Virus record (IMG/VR): IMGVR_UViG_3300047510_001668 | Coordinates: 113,879 to 177,878 of that record | DNA length: 64,000 nt | Strand: one strand, 5' to 3' | Source: a virus | Shown: positions 1-9,498 of the stretch, one piece after another | How the letters are laid out: each line of letters opens with the position of its first letter | Numbering within the stretch: the stretch's first letter is position 1 | The notes under the pieces: model-generated | Databases searched by the model: none | Seen by the model: the letters and a program-made list of their open reading frames with translations, nothing else | Told to the model about the DNA's origin: nothing | Translations under genes and position numbers: made by a program

Positions 1-1
1 T

Positions 2-1012
2 TTGATTCTTTCGGAGCTTCATCACCTCAGCCAACTGCTCTTCAGGCTTACGGAGAATCTTCTCACAGGTCACCTTGAAGCCGTAAATCTTGGGACCCTT
101 CACATACAAGCTGTCCTTCACCTCAGCCTCGTAGTAGCCCAGCCGACGCTTCTTGGTGTCGTACACCCAGACCATGTTGGCACCAATGATGTCCACAGGA
201 TTACAGGACTTGATACCCTCATGCTCCGCCTTGAAACGAATCTTGCTGGCCATCTTCTTCTTGTCCAAAGGCTTCTTCTTCCTGATACGGAGAGACTTCA
301 CCTTGGTTTGTTGCTGTGAAATTCTATCCATGACAGCATCAAAGGCATCAATAATCTTTTTGAAATTTCTCTTGCCCACATAGGCATATCCTTCCACCAG
401 CTGCTCATCCTCGCCATTATACGCAGAATACCACTCGGCAAGATGCTTACGAAGATATTGCTGAACCAACTTGAGCTGCGGGGCCTTGAAATTCTTGGTC
501 AAGATGAATCCTGCCATGTCATCAGCCTCAGGCACCTCTCCATCAAAGGCTTCATCCATCTTGCCATCCAACTCAGCCAACACGGTGCTGACCTGAGCAC
601 GAATTCTGTCCTGAATGTTCGGCTTGTTGGTGTTCACATGAGTGGTAGAGGGTGCCTTCGTCTGCTTCTTCACAAGGGCAAAGCTCATCACATAATCACG
701 AATACGCTGTGAATCATTGCTATTCAAAGGAAATCCTTGAAGTGCCATGCGAGCCAAAGCACAGATGGTGGTGTTCATGCTTCCCAGATTGCGCCAGGCT
801 TGAATGTCCTGTTTGGCTGTTGCAGGACGCATCTCACGAAGCCATTGCTCCATGTACTTGGAATAATCCTTGTCTGAGGCACAATAGTTATGCCAATTCA
901 GACCACGAAGCATTTCGGAATTGTAATTCTTCACCACACCATCCCACGTAGGTTCCTCGGCAATCAAAGAGGACTCGGATGCCGGAGGAAGAACCAGATG
1001 AAGATTAGCCAT
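2..1012 (-). CDS. Conserved T4-like phage hypothetical protein (runs off window start)
   Basis: Not in the ORF track; translated by hand. ATG at 1012 overlaps the upstream stop (ATGGCTAA). The frame is open to the window edge (MANLHLVLPP...VWVYDTKKRRLGYY...KILRKPEEQL). The C-terminal motif resembles a conserved protein of T4-like phages. Confidence 0.8.
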   Translation of the reverse strand, partial: MANLHLVLPPASESSLIAEEPTWDGVVKNYNSEMLRGLNWHNYCASDKDYSKYMEQWLREMRPATAKQDIQAWRNLGSMNTTICALARMALQGFPLNSNDSQRIRDYVMSFALVKKQTKAPSTTHVNTNKPNIQDRIRAQVSTVLAELDGKMDEAFDGEVPEADDMAGFILTKNFKAPQLKLVQQYLRKHLAEWYSAYNGEDEQLVEGYAYVGKRNFKKIIDAFDAVMDRISQQQTKVKSLRIRKKKPLDKKKMASKIRFKAEHEGIKSCNPVDIIGANMVWVYDTKKRRLGYYEAEVKDSLYVKGPKIYGFKVTCEKILRKPEEQLAEVMKLRKNQ

Positions 1013-1277
1013 TGCTATACACCTCTTGGTCAAGGAGAGAAATCTTGCTGATGCTGTCCCAACGGAACGAACGCCAGGCCTGTTTCTCCATGTCCCAGAC
1101 CGGGCAAGCATCAGGACTATACTTGCGCTGAGACTCCTTGACTTCCTGAGCTGGAAGAAACTGCTCAGCCAACGTACACTTCATGTCACGAACAGTGCCA
1201 TCCGCCTTGGCGAAAGTCACCGTGACCACTGACTGCCGAAGAAGATTGCGAATGCCTTCCTTGGTGATGCCATCCAT
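1005..1277 (-). CDS. WYL_2/DUF2693-like SH3-fold protein
   Basis: VVTVTFAKADGTVRDMKCTL...VWDMEKQAWRSFRWD motif; GGAGG RBS; own promoter. Confidence 0.75.
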   Translation of the reverse strand: MDGITKEGIRNLLRQSVVTVTFAKADGTVRDMKCTLAEQFLPAQEVKESQRKYSPDACPVWDMEKQAWRSFRWDSISKISLLDQEVYSNG

Positions 1278-1306
1278 ACAGCCTCCATGTGTTAGAGTAT
1301 GTATGA

Positions 1307-1367
1307 AATATAATGATTTTATATCTATTTGTCAAGTCCCGCTAAGTGCTTGTATTTCAATCACTTA
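1307..1367 (-). promoter_or_regulatory. sigma70-type early promoter with upstream 25-bp palindrome (copy 1)
   Basis: Minus strand TTGACA (1330-1335)-N17-TATATT (1307-1312). Palindrome TAAGTGCTTG-N5-CAATCACTTA at 1343-1367. Confidence 0.85.
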
Positions 1368-2245
1368 CGCTTCGGGGTTTTCACTATTTTGAACCAACTG
1401 CCAGGATTCCAATCCATTTCCATGTCTGTGACATTTTCCACTTTTGTGGCGGGTTCAGACTTGGATAATGATTCAGCAAAGTTCTTGGTGGGAGGCATCA
1501 CCATGACAGGTGTTTCTTTTTTCATGGAAAGATTGGCGGCAATCACCAACAAGATGGCCAATGGATCAAATACAAATATCAACATCAAGGTCAACAACCG
1601 AATGGCTTTGTCCAACGTGGTGGCATCATCGGTACCATACACCAGTTGTGCCACATACTTGATGGGACCCACTTCAGTTTCCAGCTTGCGTTGCCCCACG
1701 TTCAATTCTGATTTCTGTTTTTGCAATTCTTGAATTTTCTTGTTGCTTTCTGTGATGGTGGCAGTTGCAGCTGTGCGTTCACGGCGTTGGCTGTTACGAA
1801 TCTGTACGGCACGTTCCACACGATTCACATCTCCCACCAGGTTGTTCACGGCAGCATCCATCTGTTGTAATGCCTGGCGTGCAGATGCCACATTGTCACG
1901 TTCCATCACAATCTGTTCATCCAACAACGTGATTTGTTCTGTGTTGGCATCCAAGCCTTGTGTGCCTTCCACATGGGCCCGAGTCAGATAACCAAAGATG
2001 CCTACACTGGTGATGAGACTCAACACCATCACGGCCACGATGAAATACATTCTCATCAGGATGTTGGTGTTGTTCCAGAATCGGTAGATCCAGCTGGCAG
2101 ACACCAACTTGCCCATCTCCAAGGCAGCACCCATCAATCCTACTGCCACAGGGGCACCTGGGAAAATGGCAATCAACCCCGCAATGGAAAACCACGCGGC
2201 GATGGTGCTGATGAATAGTGCTGAAAAGAGAGTGATAAGGGTCAT
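1361..2245 (-). CDS. Conserved membrane protein with coiled coil
   Basis: Three N-terminal hydrophobic segments, a central coiled coil and a further TM segment. Confidence 0.75.
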   Translation of the reverse strand: MTLITLFSALFISTIAAWFSIAGLIAIFPGAPVAVGLMGAALEMGKLVSASWIYRFWNNTNILMRMYFIVAVMVLSLITSVGIFGYLTRAHVEGTQGLDANTEQITLLDEQIVMERDNVASARQALQQMDAAVNNLVGDVNRVERAVQIRNSQRRERTAATATITESNKKIQELQKQKSELNVGQRKLETEVGPIKYVAQLVYGTDDATTLDKAIRLLTLMLIFVFDPLAILLVIAANLSMKKETPVMVMPPTKNFAESLSKSEPATKVENVTDMEMDWNPGSWFKIVKTPKRK

Positions 2246-2637
2246 AGTTTCACGTGTTTTCGGTGAACTTTACACATGATCCAATCATTATAGAATTTAT
2301 CTGGGTGTTCTAGCACACCATATTGGAACTGGAGTTTTGCTTCAAGATAATTGCACTGTCCTTTGTTTCCACACAGATGAAGTATCTCACGTTGGAAAGC
2401 TCCTGGTCCATGGGTAGCAACATCGTGAAGAAGCTCTTTGTTGCTTCCGTAGTAGTCTCGCCAGTCTGACTCCACTCGAACTCGCTTTCGTTTTCCTTTA
2501 ACAGATTTTCGTCGAGCAAAGCTGAATAGTTTCTTTCCAATGTACTGGCGTCCTGTTTGAAGGTTGGTGATTCGATACACGAATCCAATGATGTTGTCAG
2601 GCACTTCAGTAAATTCTTTGTCTTGGTGCATCCACAT
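2242..2637 (-). CDS. Stand-alone GIY-YIG nuclease (Seg-like catalytic domain)
   Basis: GFVYRITNLQTGRQYIGKK, YYGS and the conserved E/N motifs. Confidence 0.85.
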   Translation of the reverse strand: MWMHQDKEFTEVPDNIIGFVYRITNLQTGRQYIGKKLFSFARRKSVKGKRKRVRVESDWRDYYGSNKELLHDVATHGPGAFQREILHLCGNKGQCNYLEAKLQFQYGVLEHPDKFYNDWIMCKVHRKHVKL

Positions 2638-2665
2638 AGTTAAATCCTCAATGAGACTTAACTAT

Positions 2666-2947
2666 TTATTCTCCTAGTATGAACGAGAAAGGATGATTTT
2701 TCGTGGTGTCAATGCTCATACCTACGTATTTACCTACCAGATTGCCTATAACATACACAGGAATCACCGCCCAATTGCCTTTCAACAACTCATCCAACGA
2801 CCAGAACATGGATGCCAATGAAGCCAACCCCATCCACACGCTGTTCAACAGCAACTTGGGAATGTTATCTTCATAGGTGTATCGAATTTCCAATACTTTC
2901 AAAATGTTGAACACAATTTGTGAAAAGAAGATGGCCACCCAAATCAT
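2666..2947 (-). CDS. Small multi-pass membrane protein
   Basis: 93 aa, three hydrophobic segments, ends with a G-x-x-x-G-x-Y-x-G pattern. Confidence 0.65.
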   Translation of the reverse strand: MIWVAIFFSQIVFNILKVLEIRYTYEDNIPKLLLNSVWMGLASLASMFWSLDELLKGNWAVIPVYVIGNLVGKYVGMSIDTTKNHPFSFILGE

Positions 2948-3129
2948 TCTTCATCCTCATCATTGATTTCATATCCATAATCTTCATCATCTTCCATGGT
3001 CTCACCACAGAAGGGACAATATTCCACCCGATAATGGTCATCATCCATGTCATGACGGATGGTGAATTCTGCTTCACAAGATGTACATACTATAATTTTA
3101 TGCATCGTATTCCACCGTGAGTTTGTCAA
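2944..3129 (-). CDS. Small zinc-ribbon protein with acidic tail
   Basis: CTSC...CPFC; probable start at MHKIIV. Confidence 0.7.
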   Translation of the reverse strand: MTNSRWNTMHKIIVCTSCEAEFTIRHDMDDDHYRVEYCPFCGETMEDDEDYGYEINDEDEE

Positions 3130-4261
3130 TGTCTTTACGTTCTGCCATCACGTAATAGTAATAGGGCAGACGATGATTGCCCAGCACTTGTATCGTCAAT
3201 CCGTTCACATTGTTCACCACCAAGGTTTGATCCATGTTGGTGGGTGTGAGATGTACGGTTATGGTTTTTTCATCCACCAATCCTGACCAGTAATCAGGTA
3301 ATGGAATAGTTCCTTCAGAAGTTTTGCCACGAACATACACACCTGCTTCAGGTCCTTCAAGACAAGCATAACGTAAACGTTTTCCTTCTTTGGTAGGATG
3401 TTTTATATCAAACGCTTTTAATGTTGCAGTGGTAAGATATTGTCCTACCGCCAAATTTCCTGTTATAATTGCGGCACCTGTGATGGTGGTGGGTCCATTA
3501 ATGGCCGTGACACCTGTGATGGTGGTGGCGCCTGTGATGGCTGTGGCGCCGGTGATGGTGGTTGGTCCAGCTGTCATCAATGCAGTTTGCATATAAGCAG
3601 AGGACACACCACCTGAGGCCACAACATCAGGAGCTTGCACCATGTTGGTGGCAATCAATTTAGCCGCAATGTTGTTCCCTTTGGAGAAGGTACCGCCTGG
3701 TCCTGATACTGCACCTTCTTCAGGAATCAAACTCAATGTTTCCAACACGCTATACACAGAACTGGGTATGACATCTTGACCTGCTCCCGTGGCACCAAGT
3801 GCTAGTGCTGCTCGAGGAACATCCACAGAAACTCCTGTGGTGATGTTCATGGTTCTCTCACCTAACACTGGAATGTTGACCGTGACAGGTACCACTACTG
3901 GTATTGGTACTGTGTCGGTGATACCATCCGCATCCAATGAGAGGTCCATCTCCTTCAGTTGCTCTAGTTGATATTGTGTTTCTGCCACCTTTTCTTTGGC
4001 TTCAGCAATGGTTTTTTGTGCTTGTGCCACAGTATTGACAGCTGAAGCCACCTCAAATTTCAATTTTCTTTCAACTTTCAATTTAGTTAAATCTAGAATA
4101 ACTGAAGGTATAGCAGGTAATCTTATGGCTTCATCCAAAGCGTTTGTGGCTTTGTTCAGCAATTCTTCTGCGGCATCCACTTCACGCTGTGTTTTATCTG
4201 CACGTGCTGTGGCTTCGGCTACCTCGCGTTTAGCATTGGCTAAATCTTGTCTGGCTGACAT
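3098..4261 (-). CDS. Putative baseplate/spike (gp5-C-like) beta-helix protein with C-terminal chaperone-like domain
   Basis: TITGAT hexapeptide repeats, then FDIKHPTKEGKRLRYACLEGPEAGVYVRG...LPDYW...AERKD, a C-terminal domain typical of cyanophage-type spike/fibre proteins. Confidence 0.6.
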   Translation of the reverse strand: MSARQDLANAKREVAEATARADKTQREVDAAEELLNKATNALDEAIRLPAIPSVILDLTKLKVERKLKFEVASAVNTVAQAQKTIAEAKEKVAETQYQLEQLKEMDLSLDADGITDTVPIPVVVPVTVNIPVLGERTMNITTGVSVDVPRAALALGATGAGQDVIPSSVYSVLETLSLIPEEGAVSGPGGTFSKGNNIAAKLIATNMVQAPDVVASGGVSSAYMQTALMTAGPTTITGATAITGATTITGVTAINGPTTITGAAIITGNLAVGQYLTTATLKAFDIKHPTKEGKRLRYACLEGPEAGVYVRGKTSEGTIPLPDYWSGLVDEKTITVHLTPTNMDQTLVVNNVNGLTIQVLGNHRLPYYYYVMAERKDIDKLTVEYDA

Positions 4262-4262
4262 G

Positions 4263-4580
4263 TTATCCTCGTATTACTCGGTTCAACTTGCTTTCAATTT
4301 TAGATTTTTCATTCACACCGAAAGCAAATTCACGTTTCTTTCCCTGCTTATATATCAATAACATGGGAACAGCTTTTGCGCCAGTGAAGTCTTTCACTTC
4401 AGGTACTTCATCAATGTCCACCTTGTAGAAGGGGACTGGCGATGTTTCAGCCAGTTCCCCAATTACAGGTAACATCTGTTGACAAGGCACACACCATGTG
4501 GCATATAAATCCACCACCACAACATCATGTTCTGTGATAGCCTGTTCCAATTCAGCAATGGTGTGTAGACTTTTCATCAT
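4263..4580 (-). CDS. trx: Thioredoxin
   Basis: WCVPC active site and cis-Pro motif (AVP); 105 aa. Confidence 0.9.
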   Translation of the reverse strand: MMKSLHTIAELEQAITEHDVVVVDLYATWCVPCQQMLPVIGELAETSPVPFYKVDIDEVPEVKDFTGAKAVPMLLIYKQGKKREFAFGVNEKSKIESKLNRVIRG

Positions 4581-6436
4581 GACACTTCACAACCATTGGC
4601 TGAACAGGCAGCTTCACCTTGAAGGTTGGTTTCATCATTCATTTCTCGCACATCATCCAGATTGATGTTGTGTAGTGTCTTGACAGCTTCTTCATAGGTC
4701 ACGGCATCAACATCTTCAAATGGTGCTTGGATGTAGGTGTGGTCGCTGTAAGGCAACACGGACAATGCTGTGAAGTTGTCACGATTCTCCCACATCCAGG
4801 CTCCCACTTCATCCCACTCACCTGGCTTGATGGTGACTGTGGTGGATACATTGTTCTTGTTGGCACCCTTACGATGTCCAGGCTTCACCCATTCCTTCCA
4901 CACCTTTGATACGCGCTTCAATAAATCAAGTGCTGTTTCTTGACGAGTGACAGCTCCTGCAGGTGCCTGTTGTGGCACTTCAATCACAGCCTGAATGTTT
5001 GGCTTGAAATATTCATCCGTGACCAGTTCAGGATGATTGTTCACCAGATAGTTGTAGATGCTTTCATTCTTACCCACACGAATTCTACGAATGTAGAAAT
5101 CATTGTGCCAGGCGTGAATGCCTGAGGAGGTTCCCAACACCAATGAACTGGTGCCTTCAGGCTTCACTGTGGTGCAACGTGCTGCTGGGTTCGTACCAAT
5201 TAAAGCTGCTACACGTTGATTCTCTTCCTTCACCAGGTTGGCTGCTTCCTTCATGTCCAATTTCAATACGCCACCCGATGCAATCCCCGTCATTGAAACG
5301 CCAATCAAGGCTTCCTTCTCCGTGGTTCTCTTCCATACATCCCTCAAATAATGAAAGTTGGTGTAACTGGCTTGTAGTGTGCCAATGAATGCTGCCGCCT
5401 TGGCACGTGCATTTAAATCTTCTTGTGATTCCACATCACCCGCATGAATGGTGGTCAAGTTACAGAATTGGAAGGGACGAAGTGAAATTTCTGCACAAGG
5501 ATTCATGCCCCAATCCTTATCATTGGTGAAGAAGAAGCCAGGTTCACCTGAGCCTGAAGCCTCAATCTTCTTCCACAACTCCATGAATGTTTCTTCTTCC
5601 ACCTTGGACCGAACAATCACGGCTGAGTTGTTGGCACGACCACGTTGTGAATTTTGTTCCCACCAGTTGCCGAACTTACAGGTCAGCATGTCATCATCAT
5701 CAATGTCAAACAATGAAATCATGGCTGACCGACGAATGCCACCTGCCAACACAGCATCAGCAATGTAGCACAGAATGTCATGCACTTCCAAAGAGGTGAG
5801 TTGTTCACCATTGTGCTTTCTGTCCAGAATCTTCTGAACATTGTGGAGGCAATCCTTCAATGGTTCAGGACCAGGTGCCTTGCCACCTGATGTGATGAGA
5901 GGCGCACCCTTCTCACGAACATCAGAGAAATCATACACAGGCATGGCCTTGCCCTTCATGTATGCAGTCATCAACACCTTGACAGCATCTGCCCATCCTT
6001 CAATGCTATCTCCTACAAGATAGCGACGATTCTTCACAGGCTTGTTGATTTCAGGAAGTTTTTCCACGTGATGTTGTTGCACAGAATATCCCACACCTGT
6101 ACCTGACAACAACAGGAACATTACTTCACTGAAGGCATCCACGTGATCCACAGGTAGGAAACAACAATTATACAAACGAGCATTGTTGATGGCAATAGGC
6201 TTCCCAGCAAACTGCAAACTGCGCATGGAAGGGAGAATCTTCTTGTCATAGACAAATTGATAGGCATCAGTGATGTCTTGTGCCAGATGAGGATACTTCT
6301 CCAGATGCATCTGCTTGTTTCTGTCAACTAGTTCCTTCCAGTTTTCACGACGACCAAGCTCAGGGATGAACTTGGCATATTTCATGAACACGGTGATGTC
6401 ACTTAAAATCTTGGCGGGCAATTCCATCTTACTCAT
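4577..6436 (-). CDS. nrdJ: Class II (adenosylcobalamin-dependent) ribonucleotide reductase, monomeric RTPR type
   Basis: PSMRSLQ, LYNC, GTGVG, NPCAEI, TTVKPEGTSS, C-terminal EAACSANGC; no adjacent nrdB. Confidence 0.9.
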   Translation of the reverse strand: MSKMELPAKILSDITVFMKYAKFIPELGRRENWKELVDRNKQMHLEKYPHLAQDITDAYQFVYDKKILPSMRSLQFAGKPIAINNARLYNCCFLPVDHVDAFSEVMFLLLSGTGVGYSVQQHHVEKLPEINKPVKNRRYLVGDSIEGWADAVKVLMTAYMKGKAMPVYDFSDVREKGAPLITSGGKAPGPEPLKDCLHNVQKILDRKHNGEQLTSLEVHDILCYIADAVLAGGIRRSAMISLFDIDDDDMLTCKFGNWWEQNSQRGRANNSAVIVRSKVEEETFMELWKKIEASGSGEPGFFFTNDKDWGMNPCAEISLRPFQFCNLTTIHAGDVESQEDLNARAKAAAFIGTLQASYTNFHYLRDVWKRTTEKEALIGVSMTGIASGGVLKLDMKEAANLVKEENQRVAALIGTNPAARCTTVKPEGTSSLVLGTSSGIHAWHNDFYIRRIRVGKNESIYNYLVNNHPELVTDEYFKPNIQAVIEVPQQAPAGAVTRQETALDLLKRVSKVWKEWVKPGHRKGANKNNVSTTVTIKPGEWDEVGAWMWENRDNFTALSVLPYSDHTYIQAPFEDVDAVTYEEAVKTLHNINLDDVREMNDETNLQGEAACSANGCEVS

Positions 6437-6831
6437 TGGGCGGGTTCCTGGAGCTGTAATGCTCGGTGAATGTTGGGTGGGAAATAGGTATCAGGCTTTA
6501 GAATCTTACCATCATCTCGACGAACAACTTTACCTTCCACAGTCTTGCTCATGTTCGAGGCGGTGATTTCTTGCCATACAGGACCCATAGGAATTCCTAA
6601 TGAGTTGCATAGACCGAGAATCACCCAAATTAAATCGCCACAAGCATCTGCTGTTTCTACTATGTCCTGGTTTTCAAATCCTTGTTCTAGTTCTTCCATC
6701 TCCTCTCGAATAAGATTCAAGTACAGGACAGCTTGTTTGTAATTATCGGTGAAACTGGGTCTATCTTTCACTTCTTGACCACAGGCTTCCATGAAAATTC
6801 TTACGTTACTTTGCATCGGTTTCAGTCTCAT
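6433..6831 (-). CDS. MazG-like/PRA-PH nucleotide pyrophosphohydrolase
   Basis: EEMEEL...ETADACGDL...SNMSK...RRDDGKILKP. Confidence 0.85.
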   Translation of the reverse strand: MRLKPMQSNVRIFMEACGQEVKDRPSFTDNYKQAVLYLNLIREEMEELEQGFENQDIVETADACGDLIWVILGLCNSLGIPMGPVWQEITASNMSKTVEGKVVRRDDGKILKPDTYFPPNIHRALQLQEPAQ

Positions 6832-7492
6832 TATGTGAAAAGTTATTTATCAATGGGAAAATTTCAGAGATGACCTTGGCGCACTCCAAGGCAATAATTC
6901 GGTGTTCCTTCTGTGTTGCCTTGTCGGAACGTATATCTATATAGTGAATCCAACTTCTCAAGGTGCCGTTCATGTACATACGGGACGTGGTAAGGCCTTC
7001 AGGAAGCACAGCACGTGCCACTTCTTTGGCAATACCGTTATTGATGGCCCAACTATAGGCAAACTTGGATTGACGAATCACATCTTGTTGAATGCGAACC
7101 CATTCCTTTTGCAGTTCCAGGTCCTGGGTTTCAATGCTGTTCTGCCGATTCTTCTGGTCTTGAAGGCGGGCCTCACGATATTCAAATGACAAATCTTTCA
7201 CAGGGTCAGCATATCGTTGACTGAATTCCTGAAAGCTGAAACTCCGATGCCGAAGAATCTGCCGAGCAATGTCTCGGGTGGTTTCAATCTCCAAACAAAT
7301 GTTCACCATCTCGAAGGGACTCCAGTGCTTCCACTTCACAAGATAGCTGATGAGCTTGTCTGCCGTTTCGGTGTTGTACTGATTGCTGGGATTGCTGACC
7401 CGAGCACAAAATGCCACCAGGTCATTCATCTCTGCCACGTTGTCCATGTCATCGGCACACGCAATGGTGTGCGAAATCAAACGTACTTTCAT
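6806..7492 (-). CDS. thyX: Flavin-dependent thymidylate synthase
   Basis: HWSPFE, RQILRHRSFSFQEFSQRY. Start taken at MKVRL (TAATG overlap with the primase stop); the longest ORF begins at 7507. Confidence 0.95.
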   Translation of the reverse strand: MKVRLISHTIACADDMDNVAEMNDLVAFCARVSNPSNQYNTETADKLISYLVKWKHWSPFEMVNICLEIETTRDIARQILRHRSFSFQEFSQRYADPVKDLSFEYREARLQDQKNRQNSIETQDLELQKEWVRIQQDVIRQSKFAYSWAINNGIAKEVARAVLPEGLTTSRMYMNGTLRSWIHYIDIRSDKATQKEHRIIALECAKVISEIFPLINNFSHNETETDAK

Positions 7493-8505
7493 TAACAATT
7501 TCTCCATTCTGTAAATTTCAATTGCGCCATGAGTCCTTGGTATGTATGCTCACGAATGATGTGTTGAACATCCTTTCCAGCTTCCACAAACTCATTGATG
7601 TCTTTTTCATGATACCCACAAGGCCAAATGACCACTTGGTAATTAAGTTTGATGTACTTCTCGACAATTCTACACACCTCAATGTTTCGTGGTTGATTAT
7701 CAAACACAATGGTGATGAGTTCTTTCGGCAGATTCAAAGTTTCAATTTTACTGAACCCTGTGCCTGCACATGCCAAAGAATTATTTAGAAATAAACTATC
7801 TATGGGCCCTTCCACAATGGTGATGGGACGAGTCCTATCAATGGTGTTGATACCAAACATCAATGGAGCATCTTCTTGCAACTTAATCATGATGTATCGA
7901 AGTGATTCACCACGAAGACCTCGCATTGTCACTCCCGTGAGTTCACCGGCTTCATCATAAAACGGGAGCAACAACCGAGGTTCTTCAGTACGAATAGTAT
8001 CATATTCAGGAGCAATCTTCTTGATGTCCTTCACTGAAGGAATATAATACAATTCTTGATATTTGTCAACTGGAATCTTTCTGGACACACAATATCTCAC
8101 TGCCTCGTTGTCCACATCACATTTGTCCAACCGAACAGCCACCTGATCCAACAGGGACTTGGGTTTAAATACAGGAGCTTCAAATGTCAGGAATTCTTCG
8201 GCATCTTTATGTGCCTTGGGTCCGTTCTCACCTTTGCTGTAGCGTTCAAACACATATTGCTGATAGGTATGAGCATCAAAGTTTTTCAGGAATGTCCCGA
8301 AATGTTGGCTGGCATCACAGTTATGGCACTTGTAGTACATATCATTCTTCTGCCGATAGAAATAGCCACGTGCCTTTTTCTTGTTGGTCTTGGAATCACC
8401 GCAGATGATGCAACGACAATTCCACAAGTCTGCCTTTTTCTTGGCAAACAAGGGAAGTCTGTGACCAATCATGTTCAGATATTTTGTGTCAATAAAATAG
8501 GACAT
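7492..8505 (-). CDS. gp61: DNA primase (T4 gp61)
   Basis: N-terminal CxxCGDS...CHNC zinc finger; TOPRIM EGPIDS, FDN and KDINE motifs. Confidence 0.93.
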   Translation of the reverse strand: MSYFIDTKYLNMIGHRLPLFAKKKADLWNCRCIICGDSKTNKKKARGYFYRQKNDMYYKCHNCDASQHFGTFLKNFDAHTYQQYVFERYSKGENGPKAHKDAEEFLTFEAPVFKPKSLLDQVAVRLDKCDVDNEAVRYCVSRKIPVDKYQELYYIPSVKDIKKIAPEYDTIRTEEPRLLLPFYDEAGELTGVTMRGLRGESLRYIMIKLQEDAPLMFGINTIDRTRPITIVEGPIDSLFLNNSLACAGTGFSKIETLNLPKELITIVFDNQPRNIEVCRIVEKYIKLNYQVVIWPCGYHEKDINEFVEAGKDVQHIIREHTYQGLMAQLKFTEWRNC

Positions 8506-8525
8506 CGTGTTTCCTCCTGTCTTGG

Positions 8526-8554
8526 AAGATACACGATGACACCATATTTGTCAA
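8526..8554 (-). promoter_or_regulatory. sigma70-type promoter for primase
   Basis: TTGACA-N17-TATCTT followed by an AGGAGG RBS. Confidence 0.75.
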
Positions 8555-8566
8555 GTTTTATTGGTG

Positions 8567-9055
8567 TTACTTCAGAAATTCACCCAGGATTTCATGAGAG
8601 ATGGCACCCAACACCACACTACCGCCCATGATGAGCCATTTCCATCGTTCCAGGTCCACCACTCTCTTTTCCAGTTCAGTCTGTTGTTCTGACATGGCTT
8701 TGGTTTCTTCTGTGATGCATTTCTTGATTTCAGAAGTGCCATAGGTCATGGCAGTCATCAATCGTTGTTCTGTTTCTGTCAGGTCATCGGACATCTCACG
8801 ACTGACCGTGGTGATACGGGAATGCAACTCTTTGATATCACCTTGGATTTCCTGCCGGCGTCTTTCCACCAATGAGAACAACTCCTCGTCTATGTCATCC
8901 TGTTTGGACAACCGTTCTTCATGAACAGCCAACATCTTGGCAATGTTGTTGGACACATCACCCATTTTTTCAATGGCAGCATCCAAGCGTGAAAAGAGCG
9001 ATGCCATTCTGTTGACATCACTCTTTAACACTGCCACTTCTGTTTCCAGATTCAT
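8567..9055 (-). CDS. Coiled-coil protein with C-terminal TM helix
   Basis: Heptad pattern; ends LERWKWLIMGGSVVLG. Confidence 0.7.
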   Translation of the reverse strand: MNLETEVAVLKSDVNRMASLFSRLDAAIEKMGDVSNNIAKMLAVHEERLSKQDDIDEELFSLVERRRQEIQGDIKELHSRITTVSREMSDDLTETEQRLMTAMTYGTSEIKKCITEETKAMSEQQTELEKRVVDLERWKWLIMGGSVVLGAISHEILGEFLK

Positions 9056-9058
9056 CTA

Positions 9059-9295
9059 TTACTTGGTCTTCTTGACCTTACCGCCATACTTCTTTTTCAC
9101 CTTCTTCACTTCTTTTTGCACTTCGGCTACGGCGGCCATGGCATCTTTCATGTCCACTTTGCCATCATTGTTCACATCAGCCACATCTTTGGCCTTTTCT
9201 GTCATGGCTTTCAAGGTGATGGGAGCATCTTCTTCACGGAAGATGAACCAGTAGGCACCTACCAAAACGGCTGCGAGTAGTACAATCCAAATCAT
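9059..9295 (-). CDS. Small membrane-anchored protein with EF-hand-like loop
   Basis: N-terminal TM helix, DVNNDGKVDMKD loop, basic tail; AAGGAG RBS. Confidence 0.7.
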   Translation of the reverse strand: MIWIVLLAAVLVGAYWFIFREEDAPITLKAMTEKAKDVADVNNDGKVDMKDAMAAVAEVQKEVKKVKKKYGGKVKKTK

Positions 9296-9345
9296 ATGTT
9301 ATCTCCTTGTTTTATCTTTTTCGCTCCCGGCGAATACTATGATGT

Positions 9346-9498
9346 TCACTTCTTTTTCTTCTTTTTCATCACCGGCTTTCTACGAAACATCTTGAACTTC
9401 ATCACGGGATCATACTTGGCAATGGCGCCACTTCCCATGTTGTTGGCTGGAACTTCTTCTTGCACTTCAGCTTCAACAAATTCTTTGAACTTTTTCAT
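9346..9498 (-). CDS. Small hypothetical protein (50 aa)
   Basis: Translated by hand: MKKFKEFVEAEVQEEVPANNMGSGAIAKYDPV...KKKKKK; ATGA overlap with the upstream gene. Confidence 0.65.
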   Translation of the reverse strand: MKKFKEFVEAEVQEEVPANNMGSGAIAKYDPVMKFKMFRRKPVMKKKKKK

